A model generated the notes under the pieces. It was given only the letters and a program-made list of their open reading frames with translations, had not been told where the DNA came from and did no database searches. A program made the position numbers and the translations under genes. Below, piece after piece: positions 1-8,302 of a DNA stretch of 64,000 bases (its first letter is position 1; the number at the start of each line of letters is the position of its first letter). Origin of the DNA: an uncultured Candidatus Poseidoniales archaeon (GTDB lineage Archaea > Thermoplasmatota > Poseidoniia > Poseidoniales > Poseidoniaceae); assembly GCA_964412625.1 (NCBI GenBank), contig CAYPPO010000001.1:2323-66322 (forward strand). The letters are read 5' to 3'.

Positions 1-912
1 AGCGCCGATCATCAAATTGGCAAACCATAGAAGCGTTGTCAGTAGTAAAGCGTGGTAGTAAGGCGTTGAATTTTGAAAATTAGCTTTCCCATCTTTCAGT
101 TTCAATAAAGACACAACTAGCACCAAACCAACCAATAAAGCCCCAATCCTGTGAATCATTTGGACAAGGATGCCTGAATTGTCCAAGGAAGGGAAAAATT
201 GTCCGTTACATTGAGGCCATGCATCTGGGAAACCGACTGAACACGATTGATTATATTGCCCTCCGGCTGTAGAGGAAACCCAAGCGCCAAGAACCAATAA
301 AATCAGTACTGAAATAGCCGTTAAATCAAATTTCTTGCGATATTTAATTTTGAAGTCTAATGCAACATCCAAAAATCGCCACTTCGCACCTTCCCTTACT
401 CTGGTAAGCATATACTGCCAGAGAATCGATGCGGTAAAAATCGATGCCAGAGATAAATGAAGGGCAACAGACCAGTCAGCATTATCATAAAACACCGTAA
501 TCGCCCCGGCAAACGCTTGTACACACAGCAAAACGGCGATGAAAATGGAGGTACGAAAATTAGTTTTGCCGTAGAAATCGATTTTGCGTTTAGCAACCAA
601 AACATTGAGTAAAACAGGAATAGCGATTACTCCTACTAAGAACCTGTGAAACCACTCTAAAAATATTTCAAACACAGTGTATCTATGATCTTCCCCCCTC
701 GAATCAATCTCATCAGGATTTTCTTCCCAGTAAGCTTCTTGTTCATCCTCTGATATATCGAAACCATAAGTTCCAAAGCACTTAGGCCAGTCTGGGCATG
801 ATTCTCCAGCATCGTGGATTCTTATCGCTCCGCCAAAAGATATTATCAAAATAGCAAAAAGTAACATGAAAAGAGGCAATGTTGAAGGGCGTCGCCACCA
901 AGCCTCCTCCAT
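1..912 (-). CDS. ctaA: Heme A synthase (CtaA/COX15 family); C-terminal end lies beyond the window
   Basis: Absent from the ORF track because no stop lies inside the window. My minus-strand translation from ATG 912 stays open to base 1: MEEAWWRRPSTLPLFMLLFAILIISFGGAIRIHDAGESCPDWPKCFG..FLEWFHRFLVG..GGQYNQSCSVGFPDAWPQCNG..MIHRIGALLVG. The duplicated Cys-x-x-(D/A)WP-x-C loop with an HR motif in the following helix is the CtaA signature. Alternative start ATG 867. Confidence 0.8.
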   Translation of the reverse strand, partial: MEEAWWRRPSTLPLFMLLFAILIISFGGAIRIHDAGESCPDWPKCFGTYGFDISEDEQEAYWEENPDEIDSRGEDHRYTVFEIFLEWFHRFLVGVIAIPVLLNVLVAKRKIDFYGKTNFRTSIFIAVLLCVQAFAGAITVFYDNADWSVALHLSLASIFTASILWQYMLTRVREGAKWRFLDVALDFKIKYRKKFDLTAISVLILLVLGAWVSSTAGGQYNQSCSVGFPDAWPQCNGQFFPSLDNSGILVQMIHRIGALLVGLVLVVSLLKLKDGKANFQNSTPYYHALLLTTLLWFANLMIGA

Positions 913-928
913 GGTTCATTGGAGTAAT

Positions 929-1873
929 ATGCCCCTTTTGAACACATGCCTTATTAAATCAGCAATCACTATTCCAAACAGAAAACTACTGTATTGTGTG
1001 TTAATTGTAGTTTTGTTGACAATAATTTCACCTTTCGCAACCTCAACAGAGGATGCAGTTCAGCAACCACAAAGCGGTGCGCAAAACGGTACTCTGGATG
1101 TATATATTCTTGATTTACCCTGTGATGTAAATTCTACCTGTGATATTTCAAGTCCAACACATCTTGTGGAATATTTCGGGGCTGATTGGTGCGAACCATG
1201 CGAGTCGCTTGAACTATCGTTAACCACATTAGATTACAATGACGTTGCATTAATCCAACATCACCCATCCGTTCAGGACCAAAGTTACCTAAATTACTCC
1301 AAACAAATCTTTGAAGAACAATATCGATTGTTATTTATTCCGTCAATAGTAATTAACAGCAATAGCCTGTTAACTGGCGCAGCCCAAGGCCAAGAACTAA
1401 ATCAAAGCCTAATAGGTACAGATTACGAATTTACAGGAATAGATGATATTTCAGTAGAAAATGGAATGCTTTTTTGGAACACATCGACAAATTATAACCT
1501 AACAGTTTGGAGGTTAGAGCAAATCAAGCATGAATATGATAACAGAACTCTACCCTACTTGGCTGTGGATCGTCTAATGTTGGCAAACGATCAACGTCAG
1601 CATAACATCAGCCACTTGCAGACTCAATCAGAGGGAAGATTAGTATTTGTTTTGCAAGATGATTCTATGCCAAAAACCCTACAATCAATTTCAACTAGTC
1701 CAACAGGCGAAAAATCCTTGAGCGAGTTGGAAGAAGACAGGATTAATATTTTCGCTTATGATGGCGGTTATGACCTAGCAGTGATTATCTTTGTAATGCT
1801 TTTTATAGCCTTATTACCAGCACTATTTTGGTTTAGAAAATTGGAAAAACAAGGCTTTGATGAAGGAGAGTAA
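929..1873 (+). CDS. Membrane-anchored thioredoxin-fold protein (WCEPC motif) with N-terminal anchor/signal and C-terminal TM helix
   Basis: ORF 866-1873. Its first codons would overlap the divergent ctaA start, so ATG 929 (or 911) is preferred. Hydrophobic LLYCVLIVVLLTIISPF; Trx-like VEYFGADWCEPCESLE (nt 1187-1201); C-terminal LAVIIFVMLFIALLPALFWF. Confidence 0.5.
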   Translation: MPLLNTCLIKSAITIPNRKLLYCVLIVVLLTIISPFATSTEDAVQQPQSGAQNGTLDVYILDLPCDVNSTCDISSPTHLVEYFGADWCEPCESLELSLTTLDYNDVALIQHHPSVQDQSYLNYSKQIFEEQYRLLFIPSIVINSNSLLTGAAQGQELNQSLIGTDYEFTGIDDISVENGMLFWNTSTNYNLTVWRLEQIKHEYDNRTLPYLAVDRLMLANDQRQHNISHLQTQSEGRLVFVLQDDSMPKTLQSISTSPTGEKSLSELEEDRINIFAYDGGYDLAVIIFVMLFIALLPALFWFRKLEKQGFDEGE

Positions 1874-1938
1874 TTTGGGGTAGTTTGAAAAACACCTGCC
1901 TTTAGGACTTGCCACGACTGAGTGTCGATGTGATTGTC

Positions 1939-2193
1939 ATGGTGAAACCAATTCGTCTCCATACCCGATTTGAAAGAGCTAGAATTATTGGAGCACGCGC
2001 CCTACAAATTGGAATGGGTGCGCCGCTATATGCAGGTGAGGAAGTCCTAAGAGAAGCGTTCAAAGAGGAGCTAATTTCACTGTACGGGTTTGAAGAGGCA
2101 TCAGTCCGTTTCGTACTAGACCCGCTAAAGATTGCGCTCTATGAATACGAACATGAGTTGATTCCAATCGATATTGACCCTCATGAGGATTAA
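1939..2193 (+). CDS. rpoK: DNA-directed RNA polymerase subunit K (Rpo6) carrying an internal insertion
   Basis: [22 protein letters not shown] matches the invariant Rpo6/RpoK core. [19 protein letters not shown] matches the second conserved block. ATG 1939 (MVKPIRLH) preferred over 1909. Confidence 0.75.
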   Translation: MVKPIRLHTRFERARIIGARALQIGMGAPLYAGEEVLREAFKEELISLYGFEEASVRFVLDPLKIALYEYEHELIPIDIDPHED

Positions 2194-2196
2194 GTT

Positions 2197-3324
2197 CTAT
2201 TGTTTGTTGAACCCGTAATATTCGGGATTGATTACCGCAGGCAGTAACTCCCGTTTGACTAAGATAGTTCTCACGGTCCATAAGTCAACAAACACACGGT
2301 ATTTTAACGTCGCATCTAGATAATCTACTCCGCTGGAACCCCCAGTACCCATTCTTCTACCAATCATCCGTTCTACCATCCGTGCGTGGGAGTTTCTGAA
2401 CAGTAGAATAGATTTTTCAACTTCAACAAATGAATCGATGAGGGTTCTTGGCCATGCTAGTAACGGCAGGTCTCGATACGATTCAATAAACAATAACCCC
2501 GCTCTTGAGCGGTTTACTTGACCATCGGGGATTAAGAAATCTCTGGCGTCTTGTATAGATTTTTGTAGCCGCTCTTCAAGTGCTAATTCGTTGCCGTGAC
2601 CAATGGATTTGAAACTCGAAAGTACTACTTTAGAGTGCTCAGTCATAGCATCTAGGTGACAATTAATGTAGTCAGAGACTACCTGTTCATCAGTTGCATT
2701 ATTTGACAATGAACCATTTATTGGTGTACGAGAGAGCCAGTTTGTCAGCAATTCATTCAAGGACGGAGAATTAATCACATCTTCAAATTCGCTTAACACT
2801 GATGAGGATATTTTACCTTCGCTTTCGAGTCTCTTCATATGTTTTAGAGGATCCATGCCCGCATCTCTCTGTTGCTGTTCTAACCCTAAAATAATCTCGA
2901 TTTTGCGCAATTGCCACGATTCGAAGCCAGATGAGGTTCCTAATCGATCCCTAAAAGAGAGAAAATCCTGAGGAGTTAATGTTTCCATTACTTTCCACTG
3001 TTCTGACATCAAATTGAATACCTCAGTAACTCTCCTCATATTGTGCACTATTTTTGGCATTGATTGCTCGCTAATGTTATTGCTATCCATTAATTTGTGA
3101 ACTTCTTTTAGCTCGGATAAAACAAGTTTAAACCACAACTCGAATGCTTGATGAACGATGATGAAGTGTTTCTCATCATTACAAGGTGCTGGAGAATAAC
3201 CACTTGGCCCATTCTGTAACTCAAGCATTTCCTCTAATCTAAGATAATTGCCATAAGTCATTCTGCCCGAGGCATCTCCCCCTTCCATGGTAAAGGGACT
3301 GTAACTCATGACTTGAACTTTCAC
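2197..3324 (-). CDS. kynA: Tryptophan 2,3-dioxygenase
   Basis: Three conserved TDO blocks: MTYGNYLRLEEMLELQ, DEKHFIIVHQAFELWFKL, and FRNSHARMVERMIGRRMGTGGSSGVDYL (proximal heme-His region). Confidence 0.85.
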   Translation of the reverse strand: MKVQVMSYSPFTMEGGDASGRMTYGNYLRLEEMLELQNGPSGYSPAPCNDEKHFIIVHQAFELWFKLVLSELKEVHKLMDSNNISEQSMPKIVHNMRRVTEVFNLMSEQWKVMETLTPQDFLSFRDRLGTSSGFESWQLRKIEIILGLEQQQRDAGMDPLKHMKRLESEGKISSSVLSEFEDVINSPSLNELLTNWLSRTPINGSLSNNATDEQVVSDYINCHLDAMTEHSKVVLSSFKSIGHGNELALEERLQKSIQDARDFLIPDGQVNRSRAGLLFIESYRDLPLLAWPRTLIDSFVEVEKSILLFRNSHARMVERMIGRRMGTGGSSGVDYLDATLKYRVFVDLWTVRTILVKRELLPAVINPEYYGFNKQ

Positions 3325-3433
3325 TGCTTAACTTCATGAATAAAACCATTGGAATTAATATCTTATACTATTTTTGTCTCAATAATAGAAATAAGTCCAT
3401 AATGCTCATAGGGGGGACACTGAACCCCTCGAC

Positions 3434-4546
3434 ATGGGCGTAGACACCGATACACTGGCATCATGGCTTTCCGACTACGACCTCGACAACCTCACAATTG
3501 GGGTTGTTGCATCTCACTCTTCGTTACAAATCCTTCACGGCGCAAGAAAAGAGGGCTTCAGGACTCTCGGAATCGCAGTAGGCGAAAATCGAAGAAAATT
3601 TTACCAAGCATTTCCTGGTGCTGACCCAGATGAATGGTTGTTGTTAGAGGATTACAGAGAGATGCTCGACTATGCAGAATGGTTTCGAAAAAGAAATGTG
3701 ATAATTATTCCGCATGGCTCTTTAGTGGAATATCTTGGATCTACTAATTTCAAGAATTTGCAGGTTCCAACTTTTGGTAACAGAGGAATTCTACATTGGG
3801 AAAGTAGTAGGCAGAGACAAAGAGATTGGTTAGAAGCTGGTGGTTGTGACATGCCCAAGGTCCTTGATGACCCGCACAAAATCGACGGCCCGGTGATTGT
3901 TAAGTACGCTGGAGCCAAAGGTGGACGGGGTTACTTCATCGCAAGAGATTATCGTGACTTTCGCAGGAATGTTGATATCGAAGAAGAGTTTACTATCCAA
4001 GAATATGTGTTAGGATGTCGTTATTACTTGCATTTCTTCTTTGACCCTATTGCCGAGGATGGGTATCAGGTTCAAGGTAAAGGAAAACACGCAGGGAAAA
4101 ATCTTGGACGACTCGAATTACTCTCTATGGATAGAAGAGACGAGTCAAATGTCGATGAGTTCTACAAATTGGGGTCTTTAAGAGATCTTCGTGAAATGAG
4201 CTTAGAGCCGTCATTTGTGGTTACTGGAAACCAGCCTGTGGTAATTAGAGAATCATTGCTTCCAAAAGCCTTTGAGATGGCTGAGGGGACCGTGGCTGAA
4301 TCTTTTGTCTTGGAAGAAGGAAGTAGGGGGATGATCGGGCCATTTTGCTTGGAGACAATCGTAACCGACCAATTAGAATTCAAGGTCTTCGAAATAAGTG
4401 CAAGAATCGTTGCAGGTTCCAACCCATTTGTAGGTGGTTCGCCTTACTCTGACATCAATGAAGAAAGGATGTCTACCGGCAGGAGAATCGCTCGTTCGAT
4501 AAATAAAGCAAAGCAAGACGGACGTTTGACTGACATCTTATCATAA
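3434..4546 (+). CDS. purP: 5-formaminoimidazole-4-carboxamide ribonucleotide (FAICAR) synthetase, archaeal ATP-grasp type
   Basis: N-terminal IGVVASHSSLQILHGARKEGFRTLGI block and ATP-grasp core (VIVKYAGAKGGRGYFIA, QEYVLG) typical of PurP. Confidence 0.85.
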   Translation: MGVDTDTLASWLSDYDLDNLTIGVVASHSSLQILHGARKEGFRTLGIAVGENRRKFYQAFPGADPDEWLLLEDYREMLDYAEWFRKRNVIIIPHGSLVEYLGSTNFKNLQVPTFGNRGILHWESSRQRQRDWLEAGGCDMPKVLDDPHKIDGPVIVKYAGAKGGRGYFIARDYRDFRRNVDIEEEFTIQEYVLGCRYYLHFFFDPIAEDGYQVQGKGKHAGKNLGRLELLSMDRRDESNVDEFYKLGSLRDLREMSLEPSFVVTGNQPVVIRESLLPKAFEMAEGTVAESFVLEEGSRGMIGPFCLETIVTDQLEFKVFEISARIVAGSNPFVGGSPYSDINEERMSTGRRIARSINKAKQDGRLTDILS

Positions 4547-6358
4547 TCAAAGATCTGATTCATCGTCCTCGATTTTAATCTCGATTTCTATGTCTTCATT
4601 AGGCACGGGTTCTTGCTCAATGGCTGGTTCTTCTTCAATCACCAGTTCTTCATCTTGTCCTGACAATAGATTCATCTCAGCCCGAATTGCATCAATTTTC
4701 GATTGTCTCTCTTCCATGGTTGGTACATTAAACTGGGCCACCAATTGAATTGGATCTCCGTGAGATAGTTTGCCATCAAATTCCATCAAGTCGCCAACAT
4801 TGTTGACAATTACTTTGAACTTTGTTGGATCTTTTGTTCGACGCTTTTTGTGCTTTTTATAATGATGAACATACACCTGATACTCGCCAGATTGTGCTGT
4901 GTTATCATCCCATACCACATTTTCAACCGGCTTTTTTGTCTCAGGTCTAACATTTGCATCTACGTCTAACTCGCCCCCACATTCTGATAACTTGTTACCA
5001 CCGTGGATTCTTTCGCCTGATGGGCACACGACGTGGAGATCAAGATCATTGTAATTATCCCACATGAGAGAGATTTGAACATCGCCAGAGCGGGCACCTT
5101 CTCGATCCAATCTAGCTTGAAGTTCTTTCATCGCAGTTTCCGCGGCTTGTCTAGATTCTAACTCCTCTTGCTGCCTAGCCGCTTCAAGCTCAGCCAACCT
5201 TTGCTCTTCTGCTGCGGCAAATTCGGCTTGTCTTTGCTTCTCCTCTGCCTCTCTCTCTTCTTCTAACCTAGCAGATTCCTCCGCTTCAAGGCGCATCTGT
5301 TCCTCTAAACTTTTCTTCGCATATTCTGCTTGAGCGTCCCTATCTGGTACCTCAAACTGACATACTAATTTTATTGGGTCACCGTGTGTTAAATCCCCGT
5401 GATATTCGCGGTAATCGCCAACATTGTTAACAATTATTTGGAATCCAGTAGGATCTTTAGTACGGCGCTTCTTGTGTTTTTTGTAGTGGTGAACATAAAC
5501 TTGGTAAGTTCCAGGCGGTGCTGTTACTCCCGGCCAGACTACATTTTCGACAGGCTTCTTGGTTTCTGGCCTAACATTGGCGTCAACGTCTAACTCACCG
5601 CCGCATTCTGACTTCTTATTCCCGCCATGAATTCTTTCACCAGAGGGACAAACTACATGCAGGTCAAGGTCGTTAAAATTCTCCCACATTAGAGAAATTT
5701 GAACATCACCAGTCATCGCACCTTCTCTAGAGAGTCTTGCTTGTAATTCGGCCATCGCGGCTTCAGCAGCCGCTCTAGATTCCATTTCCTCTTGTAACTT
5801 TGCGGCCTCTAATTCGGCAAGTCTCTGTTCTTCCGCTGCTGCCATCTCGGCTTGTCGTAATTCTTCCTGTTCCTGTGCAAGTCTTGCTTCCTCTTGAAGA
5901 CGTAATTCTGCCATCCGTGCTTCTTCTTCAAGCCGCTGACGCTCAGAATCTTCCTGCTCTCTTCTCCGCTGTTCTTCGGCCTCTTGTCGTTGGCGTTCTT
6001 CCTCTTCCAACCTTATTCGCTCTTGCTGACGTCGCAGTCTCTCTTTTTCTGCTTCTTCGGCTAACTTCCTCGCATTTTCAGCTGCTCGAAGTTCAGCTTC
6101 CTGCACAGCAAGCCTAGATTCTATCAATTCGGCTCTTCTTCTACGAGCCTCAACTATGGCTAATTTTCTATCTATTTCTTGTTTGGTCCGGCCAAAGCTT
6201 GGTGCTCCTGTATCTTGCCGAAGACCTTCCGCGGACATTCCTGGCCGCATGTTTAGTTTAGCGTCACTGCGAACAAGTACATACCACATTCCAAACAAAA
6301 ATCCGCCACTGAGGGCACCCATTGCGACCATTGTTACGGGTTCCATCGTTACACCCAT
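4547..6358 (-). CDS. N-terminally membrane-anchored protein with a tandemly duplicated unit (E/R/Q-rich charged helical rod plus ~120-aa beta-domain with DLDLHV..GGELDVDAN motif) and an acidic tail
   Basis: 603-aa ORF. TM helix VAMGALSGGFLFGMWYVLV. Long ER/K-type charged helix. Two near-identical domains GDVQISLMW(E/D)N(F/Y)NDLDLHVVCPSGERIHGGNK.SECGGELDVDANVRPETKKPVENVVW..YQVYVHHYKKHKKRRTKDPT. From memory the motif resembles the YfaP/DUF2135 family. Confidence 0.7.
   Translation of the reverse strand: MGVTMEPVTMVAMGALSGGFLFGMWYVLVRSDAKLNMRPGMSAEGLRQDTGAPSFGRTKQEIDRKLAIVEARRRRAELIESRLAVQEAELRAAENARKLAEEAEKERLRRQQERIRLEEEERQRQEAEEQRRREQEDSERQRLEEEARMAELRLQEEARLAQEQEELRQAEMAAAEEQRLAELEAAKLQEEMESRAAAEAAMAELQARLSREGAMTGDVQISLMWENFNDLDLHVVCPSGERIHGGNKKSECGGELDVDANVRPETKKPVENVVWPGVTAPPGTYQVYVHHYKKHKKRRTKDPTGFQIIVNNVGDYREYHGDLTHGDPIKLVCQFEVPDRDAQAEYAKKSLEEQMRLEAEESARLEEEREAEEKQRQAEFAAAEEQRLAELEAARQQEELESRQAAETAMKELQARLDREGARSGDVQISLMWDNYNDLDLHVVCPSGERIHGGNKLSECGGELDVDANVRPETKKPVENVVWDDNTAQSGEYQVYVHHYKKHKKRRTKDPTKFKVIVNNVGDLMEFDGKLSHGDPIQLVAQFNVPTMEERQSKIDAIRAEMNLLSGQDEELVIEEEPAIEQEPVPNEDIEIEIKIEDDESDL
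4721..5848 (-). repeat. In-frame tandem duplication (~209 codons per unit: 5348-5848 and 4721-5221) inside the 603-aa CDS
   Basis: aa 171-337 and 380-546 align collinearly (AAAEEQRLAELEAA..QARL.REGA..GDVQISLMW..QF.VP). The two DNA copies differ at many synonymous positions. Confidence 0.85.
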
Positions 6359-6476
6359 GGCGAACTAGTCTTTTGAAGCATCGGTTCGAAGTGAATTAGC
6401 TAACAAGTTAAGTTTGACGTTTTAGCCGCTGTGTGATAATGCAAAGTATTGAGATATAGGAGATTGTCGGAAGTGC

Positions 6477-7274
6477 ATGGGAAAAGCGGATGTCATGGCA
6501 AAAATTCTCCCCCATGGTAAGGGTGTGTGGGTTCCAATCGATCACGGAGTTACGGATTTCCCTTGTGCAGGATTAGAAGATATTGAGGCTACTATCAAAT
6601 CTCTAATTGCAGGTGAAGTTAATGTGATAGTCGCTCACAAAGGCGTGGTTGACAAATTCAGCCACCTTTGCCACGGAACTAAAACAAGCATGATTGCTCA
6701 TCTTTCAGCCTCAACCCGACATGGAGGTAAAAACTACTCGAATAAAGTCCTAGTTGGAGACGTTAACGAAGCAATAATGCGAGGCGCAATAGGCGTTTCA
6801 TGCCAAGTCAACATTGGTAGCAAAAAAGAGCCGGAAATGCTTGAGAGGATGGGGCTTGTGACATCCGCAGCATACTCCAACGATGCACCAGTGCTGGGCA
6901 TGATATATGTTAGAGGTGAAAATGTAAATTTGATGAAAGGTGATTCTACCAAAGGATATGCTCACGCAGCACGAATCGCGTTTGAACTTGGTTGCGACGC
7001 AGCAAAGACCGTATGGACCGGTGACAAAGAAAGTTTTTCTAATATATGCCGCAGTGCACCGATACCGCTGCTAGTTGCTGGTGGTCCATCAACAGGTAAC
7101 AGCGAAGAAATACTAACGATGGTTAAATTATCCATGGAATCTGGTGGGGCTGGAGTTTGTATGGGGAGGCAAATTTTTGCCCATCAAAATGTGACTGCAA
7201 TTTGTCAGGCGATTGGAATGATTGTTCACGACAACATAAGTGTTAAAGAAGCGATTGAAAGATGCTCATTATAA
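6477..7274 (+). CDS. aroA': 2-amino-3,7-dideoxy-D-threo-hept-6-ulosonate (ADH) synthase, class I aldolase of the DhnA family
   Basis: DhnA-type aldolase blocks (VWVPIDHG, GCDAAKTVWTG Schiff-base-Lys region, GGAGVCMGRQIF). Called ADH synthase rather than FBP aldolase because DHQ synthase II follows immediately. Confidence 0.7.
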   Translation: MGKADVMAKILPHGKGVWVPIDHGVTDFPCAGLEDIEATIKSLIAGEVNVIVAHKGVVDKFSHLCHGTKTSMIAHLSASTRHGGKNYSNKVLVGDVNEAIMRGAIGVSCQVNIGSKKEPEMLERMGLVTSAAYSNDAPVLGMIYVRGENVNLMKGDSTKGYAHAARIAFELGCDAAKTVWTGDKESFSNICRSAPIPLLVAGGPSTGNSEEILTMVKLSMESGGAGVCMGRQIFAHQNVTAICQAIGMIVHDNISVKEAIERCSL

Positions 7275-7275
7275 G

Positions 7276-8301
7276 GTGAGGGTATTGCAGATTTGGTGTG
7301 ATTGTCGTACCGGTTCGATACCAAAAGATATTGATAATGTCTTTGATTTCACCCTAACTAGTGACTCAAGTGGCGGTTATTACTTAGAACACGATAGACT
7401 ATTTCACAATGGAGTATTAGTTGGTTTTCGATTCTTAGTTGATGACAAAAATAGTTACGAAAATCTCAGGAATAAGATTGGTTTAGTTGAGTGGATAGTA
7501 CTTGATTTTTCAAATTGGAAGATGATCCCAGTTGAGAATGCTATATCTGAATGTGAGGGCACGGGTACCAAAATAGCGGTGATAGTCACAGAAGGAAAAG
7601 ATGTCAATGGGATAGCATTTGCCCTAGAGAAAGGCGTAGACGCAATCATAATCAAACCTGAAGAAGAGTTAATTCGGGCTAGTTGTATCGCAAAATCACA
7701 ACGTCTGGAAAGTAAAACACAGAACGAGCAAGGCGAGGTCGAAAGTTTGGGTAATATCATGTTGACTGAGGCAACAATTATCAATATTGAAACTGGTGGC
7801 ATTGGTGAAAGATATTGTATTGACCTAGCCTGCTTAATATCGGAGGGAGAAGGTATGTTAATCGGTTCCAGTGCATCTTCCTTAGGTCTAGTACACGGAG
7901 AAGTAATACAATCTGAGTTTGTTCCGCCACGACCGTTTAGGGTCAACGCTGGTCCACCACATTCATACATTTTGATGGCTGATGGCAGAACGAAGTATTT
8001 ATCGGAATTAGATTCTGGTGATGAGGTTTTGCTGGTATCAGAAAACGGCTCAACTAGACCTGCAGTAATTGGTCGACTGAAAATTGAAAAACGGCCATTT
8101 TTGCGTATTTACTGGGAAAATGACTATCAAATATCAAACTCTATATTCCTTCAACAGGCGGAGACAGTTTGCGTCTTGTCTGGCGTTGGTGTGGTGAAGT
8201 CAGTGACAGAGTTGAAAGTCGGTGATACAATTATGTGCCATCATTCAGACCAAACTAGGCATATAGGTAACAAGATTACAACCGACTCTAGGGAGGTCTA
8301 A
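7276..8301 (+). CDS. aroB': 3-dehydroquinate synthase type II (archaeal)
   Basis: KIAVIVTEGKDVNGIAFALEKGVDAIIIKP and RPFRVNAGPPHSYILMADGRTKYLSELDSGDEVL match DHQ synthase II blocks. GTG 7276 lies right after the upstream stop. The track start ATG 7240 would overlap aroA' by 35 nt. Confidence 0.85.
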   Translation: MRVLQIWCDCRTGSIPKDIDNVFDFTLTSDSSGGYYLEHDRLFHNGVLVGFRFLVDDKNSYENLRNKIGLVEWIVLDFSNWKMIPVENAISECEGTGTKIAVIVTEGKDVNGIAFALEKGVDAIIIKPEEELIRASCIAKSQRLESKTQNEQGEVESLGNIMLTEATIINIETGGIGERYCIDLACLISEGEGMLIGSSASSLGLVHGEVIQSEFVPPRPFRVNAGPPHSYILMADGRTKYLSELDSGDEVLLVSENGSTRPAVIGRLKIEKRPFLRIYWENDYQISNSIFLQQAETVCVLSGVGVVKSVTELKVGDTIMCHHSDQTRHIGNKITTDSREV

Positions 8302-8302
8302 A

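Noticed and set aside
4700-6120. Highly repetitive GAA/GAG/CTC-rich DNA that at first looked like a tandem-repeat or CRISPR-like array, plus antisense ORFs 5399-5593, 5800-6117 and 6156-6368
   Set aside because: The periodicity is that of codons for an E/R/Q-rich helix inside one long ORF. There are no direct repeats with unique spacers. The antisense ORFs are Leu/Pro/Ser-rich mirror artefacts.
7240-7276. Possible programmed overlap or frameshift between aroA' and aroB' (the track start at 7240 overlaps aroA' by 35 nt)
   Set aside because: A GTG at 7276, directly after the aroA' stop, gives a normal N-terminus for DHQ synthase II. No slippery sequence is needed.
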